From a virus (lineage: Duplodnaviria > Caudoviricetes), in IMG/VR virus record IMGVR_UViG_3300042934_000776, positions 1-63,160 of that record: 63,160 nt of DNA. One strand, written 5' to 3'. The position numbers and the translations under genes are program-made. This document shows positions 44,350 to 53,623 of the stretch, in pieces (within the stretch, counting starts at the first letter, position 1; each line of letters starts with the position of its first letter). The notes beneath the pieces were generated by a model. It was not told where the DNA came from. It worked only from the letters and a program-made list of their open reading frames with translations, and made no database searches.

Positions 44350-44628
44350 ATGCCTGAGCGCAACAAGCAGGGCTACCTGCGCGCCGAGCAGCTGCGCGCC
44401 GGTGAGATCGAGCAGTACGCCGTCGCCCGCGGCATCCGCTACGTCGAGATCAGCCTCGGCTGGACGCCCACGTCGCTCGATGACGACCAGCAGGGGTACT
44501 TCTGGGTGCACCTCGTGATCCGCAAGGGCACCCGCTACGGCCGCCTGGTCGAGGATCGCACCCTGACGTACGACGACATCGACGAGGCGCGCGAGCGCTT
44601 CCGCAATCTGATGAAAGCCCACCCGTGA
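44350..44628 (+). CDS. Hypothetical protein
   Basis: RBS GAAAGGA. Confidence 0.65.
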   Translation: MPERNKQGYLRAEQLRAGEIEQYAVARGIRYVEISLGWTPTSLDDDQQGYFWVHLVIRKGTRYGRLVEDRTLTYDDIDEARERFRNLMKAHP

Positions 44629-44643
44629 TTCACCTGGTGAATC
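44627..44643. repeat. 17-bp palindrome, copy 9
   Basis: GATTCACCTGGTGAATC between a stop codon and the next RBS. Confidence 0.95.
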
Positions 44644-44659
44644 GAGAAAGGACACGACC

Positions 44660-45373
44660 ATGAGCGAGATCATCGAACTGACCGAGACGGCGCGACTGCT
44701 CGTCGAGCAGGATGCCGACGCGGAGAACCCCCGCAAGGACTGGGACATGGCGACCGGCTTCGTGAAGATCGGCGACCGCGGAGACTCACGCCTGGCGCGG
44801 GTGCCCGCCGTGCACCGCTTCGACAGGCTGAGCGAGGCGTACTACCGCCTGCTCGACACCGCGGGCATCTACTTCACCGACGTCCTGTTCCGCGCGTACG
44901 TCCGTGCCGAAGCGCAGACAGCGCGTTGGGCCAGGATCTTCTACGGCCTGCACGTCGAGTACGACCACGAGCACGGCGGCTTCTGGTTCGTCGCCCCCGA
45001 GCAGATCAAGGTCAACAACGAGCACGGTGGTGACTGGTCCTCGCTCGAGAAGCAGGCCGAGGTGATCGCCTCCGAGCAGAAGACGTACCGCCAGTGGGCG
45101 GAGGGTGAGGTGTACACCGTCGTCCTCGAGCGCGTCGCTACGTTCGAGAAGGTCACGCATCATTCAGACGGGACGCTCGAGCAGGTCGCCGGCAGTGAGT
45201 GGGAGGTGGTCGAGTCGATCGGGGGCTGCTACCTCGACGACGACTACACCGCGCAGGTGGTGGCCAGCGAATACTTCAACCTCACGACCGAGGAGACCGA
45301 GGCACTCGGCCTGCCCGAGCGGGTGCGGCCGGAGATCCCGGTCATCGAGGCGACCGTGAGCGGAGAGTACTGA
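44660..45373 (+). CDS. Conserved acidic early phage protein
   Basis: D..ENPRKDWD...Y.QWAEGEVY...ESIGGCY motifs. Confidence 0.75.
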   Translation: MSEIIELTETARLLVEQDADAENPRKDWDMATGFVKIGDRGDSRLARVPAVHRFDRLSEAYYRLLDTAGIYFTDVLFRAYVRAEAQTARWARIFYGLHVEYDHEHGGFWFVAPEQIKVNNEHGGDWSSLEKQAEVIASEQKTYRQWAEGEVYTVVLERVATFEKVTHHSDGTLEQVAGSEWEVVESIGGCYLDDDYTAQVVASEYFNLTTEETEALGLPERVRPEIPVIEATVSGEY

Positions 45374-45639
45374 TGGCCACCTTCCTGAACATCGGCTACA
45401 ACGTCCGCAACTGGGCCATCTTCAAGATCGCAGACGGCGTCACAACCGAGCAGATCCAGGCCCTGCGCGACGCCATCGACAGCGACGAGAACGACGACGC
45501 GCTGGAACTGGCGAGCAAACTCGAGGCGGAGGGACTCCTCGAGTTCGACAGCAACGAGCGCGACACCAACCCGGGCTACTGGGGCAACACCGAGACCGGC
45601 ATCTGCACCAACATCATCGACGTCTACGAGGAGGACTGA
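45373..45639 (+). CDS. Acidic hypothetical protein
   Basis: TGATG coupling. Confidence 0.65.
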   Translation: MATFLNIGYNVRNWAIFKIADGVTTEQIQALRDAIDSDENDDALELASKLEAEGLLEFDSNERDTNPGYWGNTETGICTNIIDVYEED

Positions 45640-45641
45640 CC

Positions 45642-45992
45642 GTGCCCCCCGACATCGAGAGCTCTGTCAATCTCGGCATCCACCACGTGCTGAGCAAGCT
45701 GCGCCGACAGCGCCGCACGCACGGCTACGGCACCGTTGACCCGAAGCTGCACGACCGGCTGCTGCAGGAGGAGCTCGACCTCGGGAACATCACCGGCGAC
45801 ACGCTGCGGGAGATGGTGACCGAGGCCGTCAAGGATGCGACGGGCGACATCCTCCGATGGGAGACCGACCAGGCGGAGCGCGTCCTCGAGTCGGTCGACC
45901 AGATCAACCGCAGCAAGATCGACAGCTTCGTGCTGCACACGTTCATCCAGCGCGAGCGACGCGCTCTCGAAGAGAAGAGGGACCAACTGTGA
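45642..45992 (+). CDS. Hypothetical protein
   Basis: RBS GAGGAG; GTG start. Confidence 0.65.
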   Translation: MPPDIESSVNLGIHHVLSKLRRQRRTHGYGTVDPKLHDRLLQEELDLGNITGDTLREMVTEAVKDATGDILRWETDQAERVLESVDQINRSKIDSFVLHTFIQRERRALEEKRDQL

Positions 45993-46384
45993 CCACGTAC
46001 ATCACCTTCGGGTACGACCACGCCAACATCCACCCGGCCATCGGCACCGACCTGCACCAAGGCTTCCTGGCGATCGACCTCGGCGACGACCTGCACGAGT
46101 CGGTCGCACGCGACGTGGCCGTCGCCATCATCGGCGAGCAGTGGGCCTTCAGCTACCCGACACCCCCCGGCGCGGACCGACCCGACCGCCCCGACTGGTA
46201 TCGCAAGGGCGAGATCGCTCGTGTCGTGCTGATCAACGAGGGGCGACGCCAGGACATCGTCCGCCAGATCGCACACACCCACGAGATGCACAACAGCGGA
46301 TCGAGCGACGACGAACTCGAGTCGCTGCAGACCGCACGAGACATGCTCGCCGAGCTTATCGGCTACACCCACGAGGAGGACTGA
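45989..46384 (+). CDS. Hypothetical protein
   Basis: YITFG.DH...WAFSY motif. Confidence 0.65.
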   Translation: MTTYITFGYDHANIHPAIGTDLHQGFLAIDLGDDLHESVARDVAVAIIGEQWAFSYPTPPGADRPDRPDWYRKGEIARVVLINEGRRQDIVRQIAHTHEMHNSGSSDDELESLQTARDMLAELIGYTHEED

Positions 46385-46385
46385 C

Positions 46386-46832
46386 ATGACCCTGAAACTG
46401 ACCATCGAACGCGAGGTCCAGCCGAGCGAGGTGGCAAGCCTAGTGTTCGGCACCGGCGCCCTCACCTGGGGCTGGTGGGGCCACGTCTCGCTGCGCCGAC
46501 CGACCTACGAAGAGCCCCCCGAGGGCGGCAAGCGCATCGCCGACTACGAGATCATCACGGATCCGCTCGAGGTGCCCCTCTTTGAGGACGACCGATTCTT
46601 CATCACGGTCGACGACCCGCAGGAGGCCGAAGGCAGCGGCAAGGTGCTGCGCAAGACGCTGTCGATGGCGTCGATCGTGCACGCCGCCGGCCGCGCCATC
46701 CGTGGCGACGGTGCCCACATCGACGACGAGTCGAGCCGTGACATGGCCCGCGAGGATCTCGGCTATGCCGACGCGATCGCCGGGGATGCCGTGCTGCAGC
46801 TGGCCGTGTTCGGGAGCGTCGTCTATGGCTGA
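46386..46832 (+). CDS. Conserved hypothetical protein
   Basis: DA..GDAVLQLAVFGSVVYG C-terminal motif. Confidence 0.75.
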   Translation: MTLKLTIEREVQPSEVASLVFGTGALTWGWWGHVSLRRPTYEEPPEGGKRIADYEIITDPLEVPLFEDDRFFITVDDPQEAEGSGKVLRKTLSMASIVHAAGRAIRGDGAHIDDESSRDMAREDLGYADAIAGDAVLQLAVFGSVVYG

Positions 46833-47193
46833 GCGGGATGTCGAGACGCGCGTCCAGGCTGCGACCGAGTGGGCACTCGACACCTACGGGGTGAAGCCCT
46901 TCAGCATCGTCGGTGGCCAGCGGCTCACCAACATCGTGCAGTCAGCAGTGCGTCACGCCCTGTCCGATTCACCAGGTGAATTGCAGTACCACGATGGCGA
47001 TTGGGCATTCGACATCGACGAGGAGTCCGGCGAGGAGGCGGTGTGGATCGACCTGCAGCTGTTCGACCCGGACGACCCGGACCCCAGCGTGCGGCATGTC
47101 AATGCCGTGCTCACACTGTCAGACGTGGAACTCCGCGGCCTCGTCGAGGCTGGGCAGGAGATCCTCGCGGAATCAAGGAGGCGGTTCGCATGA
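46825..47193 (+). CDS. Hypothetical protein (contains palindrome copy 10 at 46966-46982)
   Basis: GATTCACCAGGTGAATT encodes DSPGEL. Confidence 0.65.
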   Translation: MAERDVETRVQAATEWALDTYGVKPFSIVGGQRLTNIVQSAVRHALSDSPGELQYHDGDWAFDIDEESGEEAVWIDLQLFDPDDPDPSVRHVNAVLTLSDVELRGLVEAGQEILAESRRRFA

Positions 47194-47561
47194 CCGACAG
47201 CAAGATCGAGATCTTCATCAACACGTTACTCGGCAACAACGCCATCGTCACTGCGTACGCCCGCACCGAGGCGGAGCTCGACGGTGACGGCCAGTTCGTG
47301 CACGTCCTGATCGGCGACACCGTCATGACGCGCGTACTCGACGAGTGGGTGCTGCACGGCAACCGCTCGTGGACTCAACTCGGTGAGGAAGATCAGAGCC
47401 ACATCGCTCTGGCATGGACAGACCCCGAGGGGAACGTCCGGGTGGTCACACTGCGGGTCGACGACACCACCTGGCTGTGGCCACTCGACCGACTGGTCGC
47501 GATCCTCCCGTACAACGACCTGTCGTTCGAGCGCCTCGACCGCCCCTCGCCCGAGGGGTAG
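47190..47561 (+). CDS. Hypothetical protein
   Basis: RBS AAGGAGG. Confidence 0.65.
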   Translation: MTDSKIEIFINTLLGNNAIVTAYARTEAELDGDGQFVHVLIGDTVMTRVLDEWVLHGNRSWTQLGEEDQSHIALAWTDPEGNVRVVTLRVDDTTWLWPLDRLVAILPYNDLSFERLDRPSPEG

Positions 47562-47585
47562 GGTTACCGGGCGGAAGGAGTAACT

Positions 47586-47843
47586 GTGAGCGACCCCTTG
47601 CTCGGGGATCTCGAGTCCATCGAAGTCGAGATCCCCGAGGCGGACGAGATCGACGACTCGCTCGCCATCGACGCTGACGACTACATGCAGGAGCCGCCCG
47701 AGTTCGGGGACTTCGACGTGTGGTGCGAGACCACCAACGACTGGGTCACCGTCTGGCGACCCGGAACCGACGGCCCCTGGTTCTGTCGCAACTGCGGCAA
47801 GACCGACCATCCATTCAGAGACCACGAAGGAGCAGGAGCATGA
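47586..47843 (+). CDS. Acidic protein with C-terminal Zn ribbon
   Basis: RBS GGAAGGAG; WC...WFCRNCG. Confidence 0.65.
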   Translation: MSDPLLGDLESIEVEIPEADEIDDSLAIDADDYMQEPPEFGDFDVWCETTNDWVTVWRPGTDGPWFCRNCGKTDHPFRDHEGAGA

Positions 47844-48154
47844 CCCACACGAGCCTGCGTCTGCGGCATGCAGACGCCCCCCTCCAGAACCACATCATCG
47901 AGCGGATCAGCGAGCTCCTCATGTCCCGCGACGACGAGGTGCCGCCGGACGGCTACGACCGCGTCGACTACCGCCTCGAGATCGTGTTCGCGGCGTACGA
48001 CAACGAGCCGGACGACCCGGGCCAGCCGGTCGCCGACCTGCTCACCGACCTGATCCACCTGTGCAACCAGAAGAACTGGGATCTCTACGCCCTGCTCGAG
48101 CGCGCCGACAAGATGGCGGGGCGGGAGTGGGACGAGTGGGGTGGCGAGCGATGA
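47840..48154 (+). CDS. Hypothetical protein
   Basis: VADLLTDLIHLC motif. Confidence 0.7.
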   Translation: MTHTSLRLRHADAPLQNHIIERISELLMSRDDEVPPDGYDRVDYRLEIVFAAYDNEPDDPGQPVADLLTDLIHLCNQKNWDLYALLERADKMAGREWDEWGGER

Positions 48155-48444
48155 TGGTCACGCTGCACGCGGCCACCATCGAGTGGAGCGACGACTCCGT
48201 GGACCCCGGTCTGTTCGTCGCAGCCACCCTCGAAGAGGTGCGCACTCAGGTGCGCGCCTGCATCGAGGACTGGTACGACGGCTTCGACGAGGACACCGAC
48301 GTGCACGGCTTCGTGCGCGGGGAGGGCCTCGAGATCGAGGACTGGGAGACCTGGCACACGACGCTGCACGAGATGGATGGCACCCCGTGGGTGACGTTCT
48401 TCGAGCGCAGTGTCACGATCCCGATCACGGTGCGTCGTGACTGA
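48151..48444 (+). CDS. Acidic hypothetical protein
   Basis: ATGA overlap. Confidence 0.6.
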   Translation: MMVTLHAATIEWSDDSVDPGLFVAATLEEVRTQVRACIEDWYDGFDEDTDVHGFVRGEGLEIEDWETWHTTLHEMDGTPWVTFFERSVTIPITVRRD

Positions 48445-48664
48445 GGCGACGACCTGGTTCCGCGTCGACCGGAAGACGGCGAAGTGGCACATGACTCGGA
48501 CCGTCGTTCCGGGTGAGTTGAGCATGAACGTCTACCTCGGCGTCTGTGGCGCCGGGGTGGGCGGCTCGCCCGAGCGAGAGCCGGCCATCCTCATCACCGA
48601 GACCGAACCGCCCGCTGCCAACACGTGCAGCCGATGCCGAAAGAGAGGGAGCCACCATGCCTGA
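48437..48664 (+). CDS. Small Zn-binding protein
   Basis: WH...CG...CSRC. Confidence 0.55.
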   Translation: MTEATTWFRVDRKTAKWHMTRTVVPGELSMNVYLGVCGAGVGGSPEREPAILITETEPPAANTCSRCRKRGSHHA

Positions 48665-49016
48665 ATTGCGACAGACGATCACCGTCGCGATCGACGGACA
48701 GGAGCTCGCCGGCGCGCACTCGCTCGAGTGGGAGACGAAGCGCAAGGAGATCACCGCTGCCGGCGCGCTCGGCGTCGCCAACCACACCGGCGTGATCGGC
48801 GTCCTGCTCAACGGACATGCCGCCGTCCGGCTGTGGCTGCACGAGGACGAGTCCGGCTACGTCGTGATCGACGTCGTCGATGGGCAGAACGGCGCGCACC
48901 TGGCCCGCATGCACGCAGAGCTCGGCGGCCTGGTGCCGCCGCGCACCGGATCAAAGCAGCGCAGAGAGCGCCGCTTCGGAGACGACTGGAAGGGGAACCA
49001 GGGTGGACATGGATGA
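48657..49016 (+). CDS. Hypothetical protein
   Basis: RBS GGGAG. Confidence 0.6.
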   Translation: MPELRQTITVAIDGQELAGAHSLEWETKRKEITAAGALGVANHTGVIGVLLNGHAAVRLWLHEDESGYVVIDVVDGQNGAHLARMHAELGGLVPPRTGSKQRRERRFGDDWKGNQGGHG

Positions 49017-49218
49017 CCCGATCGTGTGGAAGCAGCCGGTCCAGCGGATCGAGCGACACGAGGCGGACACCCCGCTGGCTCGCCATGCCGTGGCTGAGAG
49101 GGAGTTCAGCGAGCACGTCAACAACTTCCCGTGCGGCGGCGGGCTCTGCTTGGTCCGCCGGGCGCGCGATGACCTATACCAGGACTACACCGGCAAGCCT
49201 CATGTGAGCGCGCGATGA
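49009..49218 (+). CDS. Hypothetical protein
   Basis: Coupled ORF. Confidence 0.5.
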   Translation: MDDPIVWKQPVQRIERHEADTPLARHAVAEREFSEHVNNFPCGGGLCLVRRARDDLYQDYTGKPHVSAR

Positions 49219-49586
49219 CCCTCGACCCTTCCGGCGTGCGCACTCGCCTGCCGGTCAGCGAGTGGCCGGAGAAGCACGGCCCGCACCTGCGCGGCACCTG
49301 GTACGCCCGGCGTCTGAAGCGTGGCGAGTACACTCGGCGGCCGCACTACTTCGTGTGGCCCGAGTCGCGCTCGCTGTGCGAGAAGTCGACGCGCCGCCCC
49401 GACGACCTGGTGCTCAACCCCGACACCGGCCGGACGATGGAGGTCGACCCGCTGATCAAGGACTTCCAGACACGCACGCTGTGCGGTATCTGCCTGATGC
49501 TGCTCGAGCCAGGCCCAACCACCGCTGACATCGTGAACGCATACGTCCCGGTGTGGGTGTTGCGCGATTCACCGGGTGAATCGTGA
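49215..49586 (+). CDS. Zn-binding hypothetical protein (ends in palindrome copy 11 at 49566-49582)
   Basis: PHYF...SLC...CGIC; C-terminus DSPGES. Confidence 0.6.
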   Translation: MTLDPSGVRTRLPVSEWPEKHGPHLRGTWYARRLKRGEYTRRPHYFVWPESRSLCEKSTRRPDDLVLNPDTGRTMEVDPLIKDFQTRTLCGICLMLLEPGPTTADIVNAYVPVWVLRDSPGES

Positions 49587-49858
49587 CCCGCGGGCGCCCG
49601 CAGGGGTCGAAGAACATCCCGTGGGATGCGATCGTCGCCCGCCTGCGTCGGCAGCCGAATACGTGGATGCTGTTCGGCGCGCTGTCCGCCGTACCCGACC
49701 GCACCATCGCCACCATCCGCCGCCGCGAGCGCCACGCCCTGCGCCTCGACGACGGTGTCATTCGGGTGCGTCGCAAGGCAACCGTCGTCGTTGACGACCG
49801 AGTGCTGTGCACCCTGTACGTGAAGTTCGAGACCAAGGAGAAGCCCCATGCCGAGTAA
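49583..49858 (+). CDS. Putative DNA-binding protein
   Basis: RGRP...WDAIVARLR..PNTW motif, basic. Confidence 0.6.
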   Translation: MTRGRPQGSKNIPWDAIVARLRRQPNTWMLFGALSAVPDRTIATIRRRERHALRLDDGVIRVRRKATVVVDDRVLCTLYVKFETKEKPHAE

Positions 49859-50129
49859 CCGCAAGCGATTCTGGGTGAGCACCCGCAAGTTCGACAAGGC
49901 GATGCGATTCGCCAAGCTCTCCGGGCTGCCCAGCGTCTCCGCACTGGTGCGTGGCTGGTACGAGGATTTCCTCGAGAACGGGACGGACTTCCGGCCCGAC
50001 GAGATGAAGGAGATCCAGGCGGTGATCCCGGAAGGGATCGTCGCTCAGGCCGACGAGAAGGCTGCCTCGCTGGGCTTCACGATGCGAGACCTGGTGATGC
50101 ACCAGATCGACCAGATCGAAGAGCTCTAG
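49848..50129 (+). CDS. Tandem ribbon-helix-helix-like protein
   Basis: Two units: RFWVS...SVSALVR and IQAVIP...TMRDLV. Confidence 0.6.
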   Translation: MPSNRKRFWVSTRKFDKAMRFAKLSGLPSVSALVRGWYEDFLENGTDFRPDEMKEIQAVIPEGIVAQADEKAASLGFTMRDLVMHQIDQIEEL

Positions 50130-50138
50130 GCAGGAGAA

Positions 50139-50169
50139 GGGCCCCGCACGTGTCGAGGATGCGGGGCCC
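50139..50169 (+). terminator. Hairpin after the RHH gene
   Basis: GGGCCCCGCA-N11-TGCGGGGCCC. Confidence 0.5.
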
Positions 50170-50263
50170 AATGCCTGTCCCGAGTTGGAAGGAGAACTGG
50201 CGGTGCCAGAGTATCACCGCCTCGGCCTCGACACCCGACACCGAACCACCCCGAAGGAGAACC

Positions 50264-50818
50264 ATGAAGAACACTATCGCCGCGGTCGCCGCGGCCGCCG
50301 CCCTGCTGCTGACCCTGGCCGGATGCGCCAGCGTTCCGCCCGCACCCATCAACGAACCGGCGCCGGAGGCATCCCTCGCCGCACCGCCGGAGAAGCCGGA
50401 GGTGGTGCCGCCGCCGGCACTCGACCTGCTCGCGTTCGGCGAGGCCATGACCTGGGAGGACGGCATCCAGCTGTCTGTCTCGGAGGCCGCGCCCTTCACG
50501 CCCGGCGAGTACGCCGCGGGCGTCATCGCCGGGCAGCCGGCGATCGTCTTCACGCTCGTGATCACGAACAACTCGGACGCTGTGCTCGAGCCGATGGCGT
50601 ACGGCACGCTGTCCTCCGGGGGCCAGGAGGCGTCGGAGATCTTCGACATGGGCAACCCCATCGGGGAGATCGGCGGCAGCCCCTCGACAGCGATCCTGCC
50701 CGGCCAGACGGTGCAGTGGCTCGAGGCGTACAGCGTCGTTGACCCGGCCAACCTCACCTTCCAGGTGTCGCCGACGTTCAGCCACGAGGACGCCATCTTC
50801 ACGAACGTGGCGCCCTGA
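50264..50818 (+). CDS. Lipoprotein (DUF4352-like Ig fold)
   Basis: Signal peptide with LAGC lipobox; ITNNSD...ILPGQT. Confidence 0.8.
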   Translation: MKNTIAAVAAAAALLLTLAGCASVPPAPINEPAPEASLAAPPEKPEVVPPPALDLLAFGEAMTWEDGIQLSVSEAAPFTPGEYAAGVIAGQPAIVFTLVITNNSDAVLEPMAYGTLSSGGQEASEIFDMGNPIGEIGGSPSTAILPGQTVQWLEAYSVVDPANLTFQVSPTFSHEDAIFTNVAP

Positions 50819-51036
50819 TGCCCGGGCCGATCAAGCTCACCACCGAGGAGCTCGCCGCGACCCTGCGTTGGATGGCGACGCTCATCGACGGCGACGACAG
50901 CGCGGGCGGCAGCCTGCAGTACGAGTGGAGTGAGCAGCCCGGCGTGTACAACGTCGAGGGTGCCATCCGGTACGGCAACTCGATGGGGCAGGGGAGCATC
51001 CGCCTGTTCCAGCACATGGACACGGGGGAGATGTGA
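50818..51036 (+). CDS. Hypothetical protein
   Basis: TGATG coupling. Confidence 0.6.
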   Translation: MPGPIKLTTEELAATLRWMATLIDGDDSAGGSLQYEWSEQPGVYNVEGAIRYGNSMGQGSIRLFQHMDTGEM

Positions 51037-51263
51037 GCTCCTTCATCCAGGTCAAGGTCGTCGGGCGCGATATGCCGACCTTCCTCCGCATCGACTCGAT
51101 CACGCAGATCGAGTGGTTCATGCGGGGAGAGGGGCAACCCTCCTGGTCGTATCTGACCATCGACGGCAGGGCAGCCGACGAAGGTGTCACCATCGAAGAA
51201 GCGCCGCCCGTCTTTGTCGCGCGGCTCAACCGAGTGGGAGGAGGTGATACACATGGCAGCTGA
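51033..51263 (+). CDS. Hypothetical protein
   Basis: GTGA overlap; RBS. Confidence 0.6.
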   Translation: MSSFIQVKVVGRDMPTFLRIDSITQIEWFMRGEGQPSWSYLTIDGRAADEGVTIEEAPPVFVARLNRVGGGDTHGS

Positions 51264-51516
51264 GAAGCCCCCGATCCGCATCACGAAGCAGCGCGCACAG
51301 GCGTTCCTGAAGGCAGCCGACCGCGGCATCGACGAGTGGAAGGCCGAGCTCAAAGAGAACTACGGCGTCGTCTTCACTCGCGATGGCATGATCGAACTCG
51401 ACGAAGAATCGTTCGCTCTGCTCACCGCGGAAGAGCAGGGGATCGTGCTCGAGATCCTCGACGATCTCGAGCGTGCGATCGACACGCTGGCGATCTTCCG
51501 ACGCCGGTACGGCTGA
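51253..51516 (+). CDS. Hypothetical protein
   Basis: RBS GGAGGTGA. Confidence 0.65.
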   Translation: MAAEKPPIRITKQRAQAFLKAADRGIDEWKAELKENYGVVFTRDGMIELDEESFALLTAEEQGIVLEILDDLERAIDTLAIFRRRYG

Positions 51517-51523
51517 CGATGAA

Positions 51524-51563
51524 GGGCCGTCAGATCGGGACTAGCCTCGCGATCTGACGGCCC
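51524..51563 (+). terminator. Hairpin ending the early region
   Basis: GGGCCGTCAGATCG-N12-CGATCTGACGGCCC. Confidence 0.6.
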
Positions 51564-51657
51564 CTATGCTGTGAGCACGCCAATGCCTCGACGCCATTCT
51601 CCGGCTTCGAGGCTTCCTTTAGCAAGCCCAGGAGTTATACGAAATGGTGAACACCTG

Positions 51658-53610
51658 ATGGGAGCCGCGTACGATCGGCTCCTCGAAGCCCTCTCATCAC
51701 ACGGCTACAAGATCAAGACGCTCGGCCGAGACCGAGCGCGCAGCGGATGCCCCGGACATGGTGGCGAAGACCTCAACCTGTCCATCGCCGTCGGCGACCA
51801 GGGCGTGCTGCTGAAGTGCCACAGCTACGACTGCCCGGCCGGCGACATCGCCAACGGAGTCGGCCTCACCGTCGAGGATCTCTTCGACGAGAAGGGTCGC
51901 GCCGTCTACGACTACGGCGGCGGCCACCGTGTCACTCGCAAGCGCACCCGCGACGACAAGCAGGTCTTCCAGCAGAACAAGCCCGAGGTCACGAACCTCT
52001 ACCGTCACCCCGACTCGAAGCCGTTCGACGAGTGGCCCGAGGTGGTGCTGGTCGAGGGGGAAAAGTGCGTCGATGCGGCGCTGCGCCTCGGCGAGCAGTG
52101 TGTGACGACCTGGCCGGGCGGCGCGAACGGCGTCGGCCAGGTGGACCTGGCACCCCTCGGCGGGAAGATGATCCGCATCATCGCTGACAACGACGAGCCG
52201 GGACTGCAAGCTGCAGCCCGGCTCGTCTCACGTCTCAGCGGCCTCGCCACCGTGCAGGGCGTGTGGACGGCGCCCGGTCACAAGGAATCAGTGGATGACC
52301 TGTGGCTCAACGGCGGATCCCTCGCCGATCTGATCCCCGCGCAGCTGCCGCGCGACGAGGAGCTCGAGCCGCCGCGCGAAGAGCCCGCCCGATCCCTGTC
52401 GCTGCGCACCCTCAGCGACATGAAGTCCCGCCGCACCCGGTTCCTGTGGGAGAAGATGATCCCGCTGTCTGCCGTCACCCTCATGGCCGGACGTGGCGGC
52501 GTGGCCAAGTCGACGTTCGCGATCTGGCTCGCCGGCCAGATCAACCAAGGCATCCTGCCCGGCGAGCTCAGTGGCGCTCCCGCGCCCGTGCTCTACGTCT
52601 CTCACGAGGACTCGCCTGAAGAGGTCGTGATCCCCCGCGTGGACGCGAACGGCGCCGACCGCAGCAAGTTCCACCTGCTCGGCATCCAGTCGAAGGAGAT
52701 GGGCGGCGTCGTCGTGCCGAGGCTCCCCGAAGACCTGCCGATCATCCGTCAGGCGATCGCCGAGACCGGCGCCCGAGTGCTGATTATCGACCCGATCACC
52801 TCCACCCTCGGTGGCGGCGACAACGACAAGATGGCTGAGGTCCGCATGGTGATGGACCCGCTCAACCAGATGGCCTCCGAGCTCGGCGTGAGCGTGCTGG
52901 GGATCGCACACTTCCGCAAGGGTGGCGGATCCCAGTCCGACATGATCTCCGGCTCACACGCCTGGCGTGACGCCGCTCGTGCCGTGATGCTGTTCGCTCG
53001 AGACGACGAGGCCGACGTCACGGTCATGACGCTCGACAAGATCAACTCGGGACAGGCAGGCAAGTCGTTCCAGTACCGCCTCGACATCGTGCAGCAGATC
53101 ACCGACGAGGGCACGCTCACCGACGTGGGTCACGTCGTCTGGGAGGGCGATAGCGCGCAGTCTGTCGGCGACATCATCAACCACGAGGCCGAGCGCAACC
53201 GCCAAGGCGACCTGGCCAACGAGCTCCTCGAGTTCCTGCGCTCGTTCGACGGCCGAGCCGTCTCCTCGCAGGACATCACGAAGCACTTCACCACCGATGG
53301 CGTGAAGCCGAACACGGTGACCGCCAATCTGAAGAGGCTGGTGGTCCGGGGCCTGGTCGAGAAGCCCGCCTACGGCCAGTACCAGGCGGTGATGCCGAAG
53401 AATGACACCCCTCGCGCGCGTGGGGGGGTCAGACCTGTCACACCTGTCATAGCTGCTTCTGGAATGACAACTATGACAACAATGATCCCCCCACACGCGC
53501 GCGCGCACGAGGCGTCAGAGTCCGAGGACTCCGACCTCTGCCGCGGATGCGGGTATCCCCTGTCCCCTGCGCTGATCGCAGCGGGCGAAGCGAAGCACGC
53601 GACGTGCTGA
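51658..53610 (+). CDS. DNA primase-helicase (Zn-binding + Toprim + RepA/AAA_25 helicase)
   Basis: CPGH...KCH..C, LVEGEK...ADND..G, GRGGVAKS, LIIDP, IAHFRK. Confidence 0.9.
   Translation: MGAAYDRLLEALSSHGYKIKTLGRDRARSGCPGHGGEDLNLSIAVGDQGVLLKCHSYDCPAGDIANGVGLTVEDLFDEKGRAVYDYGGGHRVTRKRTRDDKQVFQQNKPEVTNLYRHPDSKPFDEWPEVVLVEGEKCVDAALRLGEQCVTTWPGGANGVGQVDLAPLGGKMIRIIADNDEPGLQAAARLVSRLSGLATVQGVWTAPGHKESVDDLWLNGGSLADLIPAQLPRDEELEPPREEPARSLSLRTLSDMKSRRTRFLWEKMIPLSAVTLMAGRGGVAKSTFAIWLAGQINQGILPGELSGAPAPVLYVSHEDSPEEVVIPRVDANGADRSKFHLLGIQSKEMGGVVVPRLPEDLPIIRQAIAETGARVLIIDPITSTLGGGDNDKMAEVRMVMDPLNQMASELGVSVLGIAHFRKGGGSQSDMISGSHAWRDAARAVMLFARDDEADVTVMTLDKINSGQAGKSFQYRLDIVQQITDEGTLTDVGHVVWEGDSAQSVGDIINHEAERNRQGDLANELLEFLRSFDGRAVSSQDITKHFTTDGVKPNTVTANLKRLVVRGLVEKPAYGQYQAVMPKNDTPRARGGVRPVTPVIAASGMTTMTTMIPPHARAHEASESEDSDLCRGCGYPLSPALIAAGEAKHATC
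53413..53505. repeat. Imperfect inverted repeat with 9-bp-periodic TGTCA/TGACA units
   Basis: CGCGCGCGTGGGGGGGTC..CCTGTCA x2 / ATGACAAC x2..GATCCCCCCACACGCGCGCG. Confidence 0.7.
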
Positions 53611-53623
53611 TGGAAGGAGCACC

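Noticed and set aside
38352-49582. 17-bp palindromes as a CRISPR array
   Set aside because: Spacing is irregular (0.1-2.6 kb), copies lie within genes and there is no cas operon; the Cas4-like gene belongs to the recombination module
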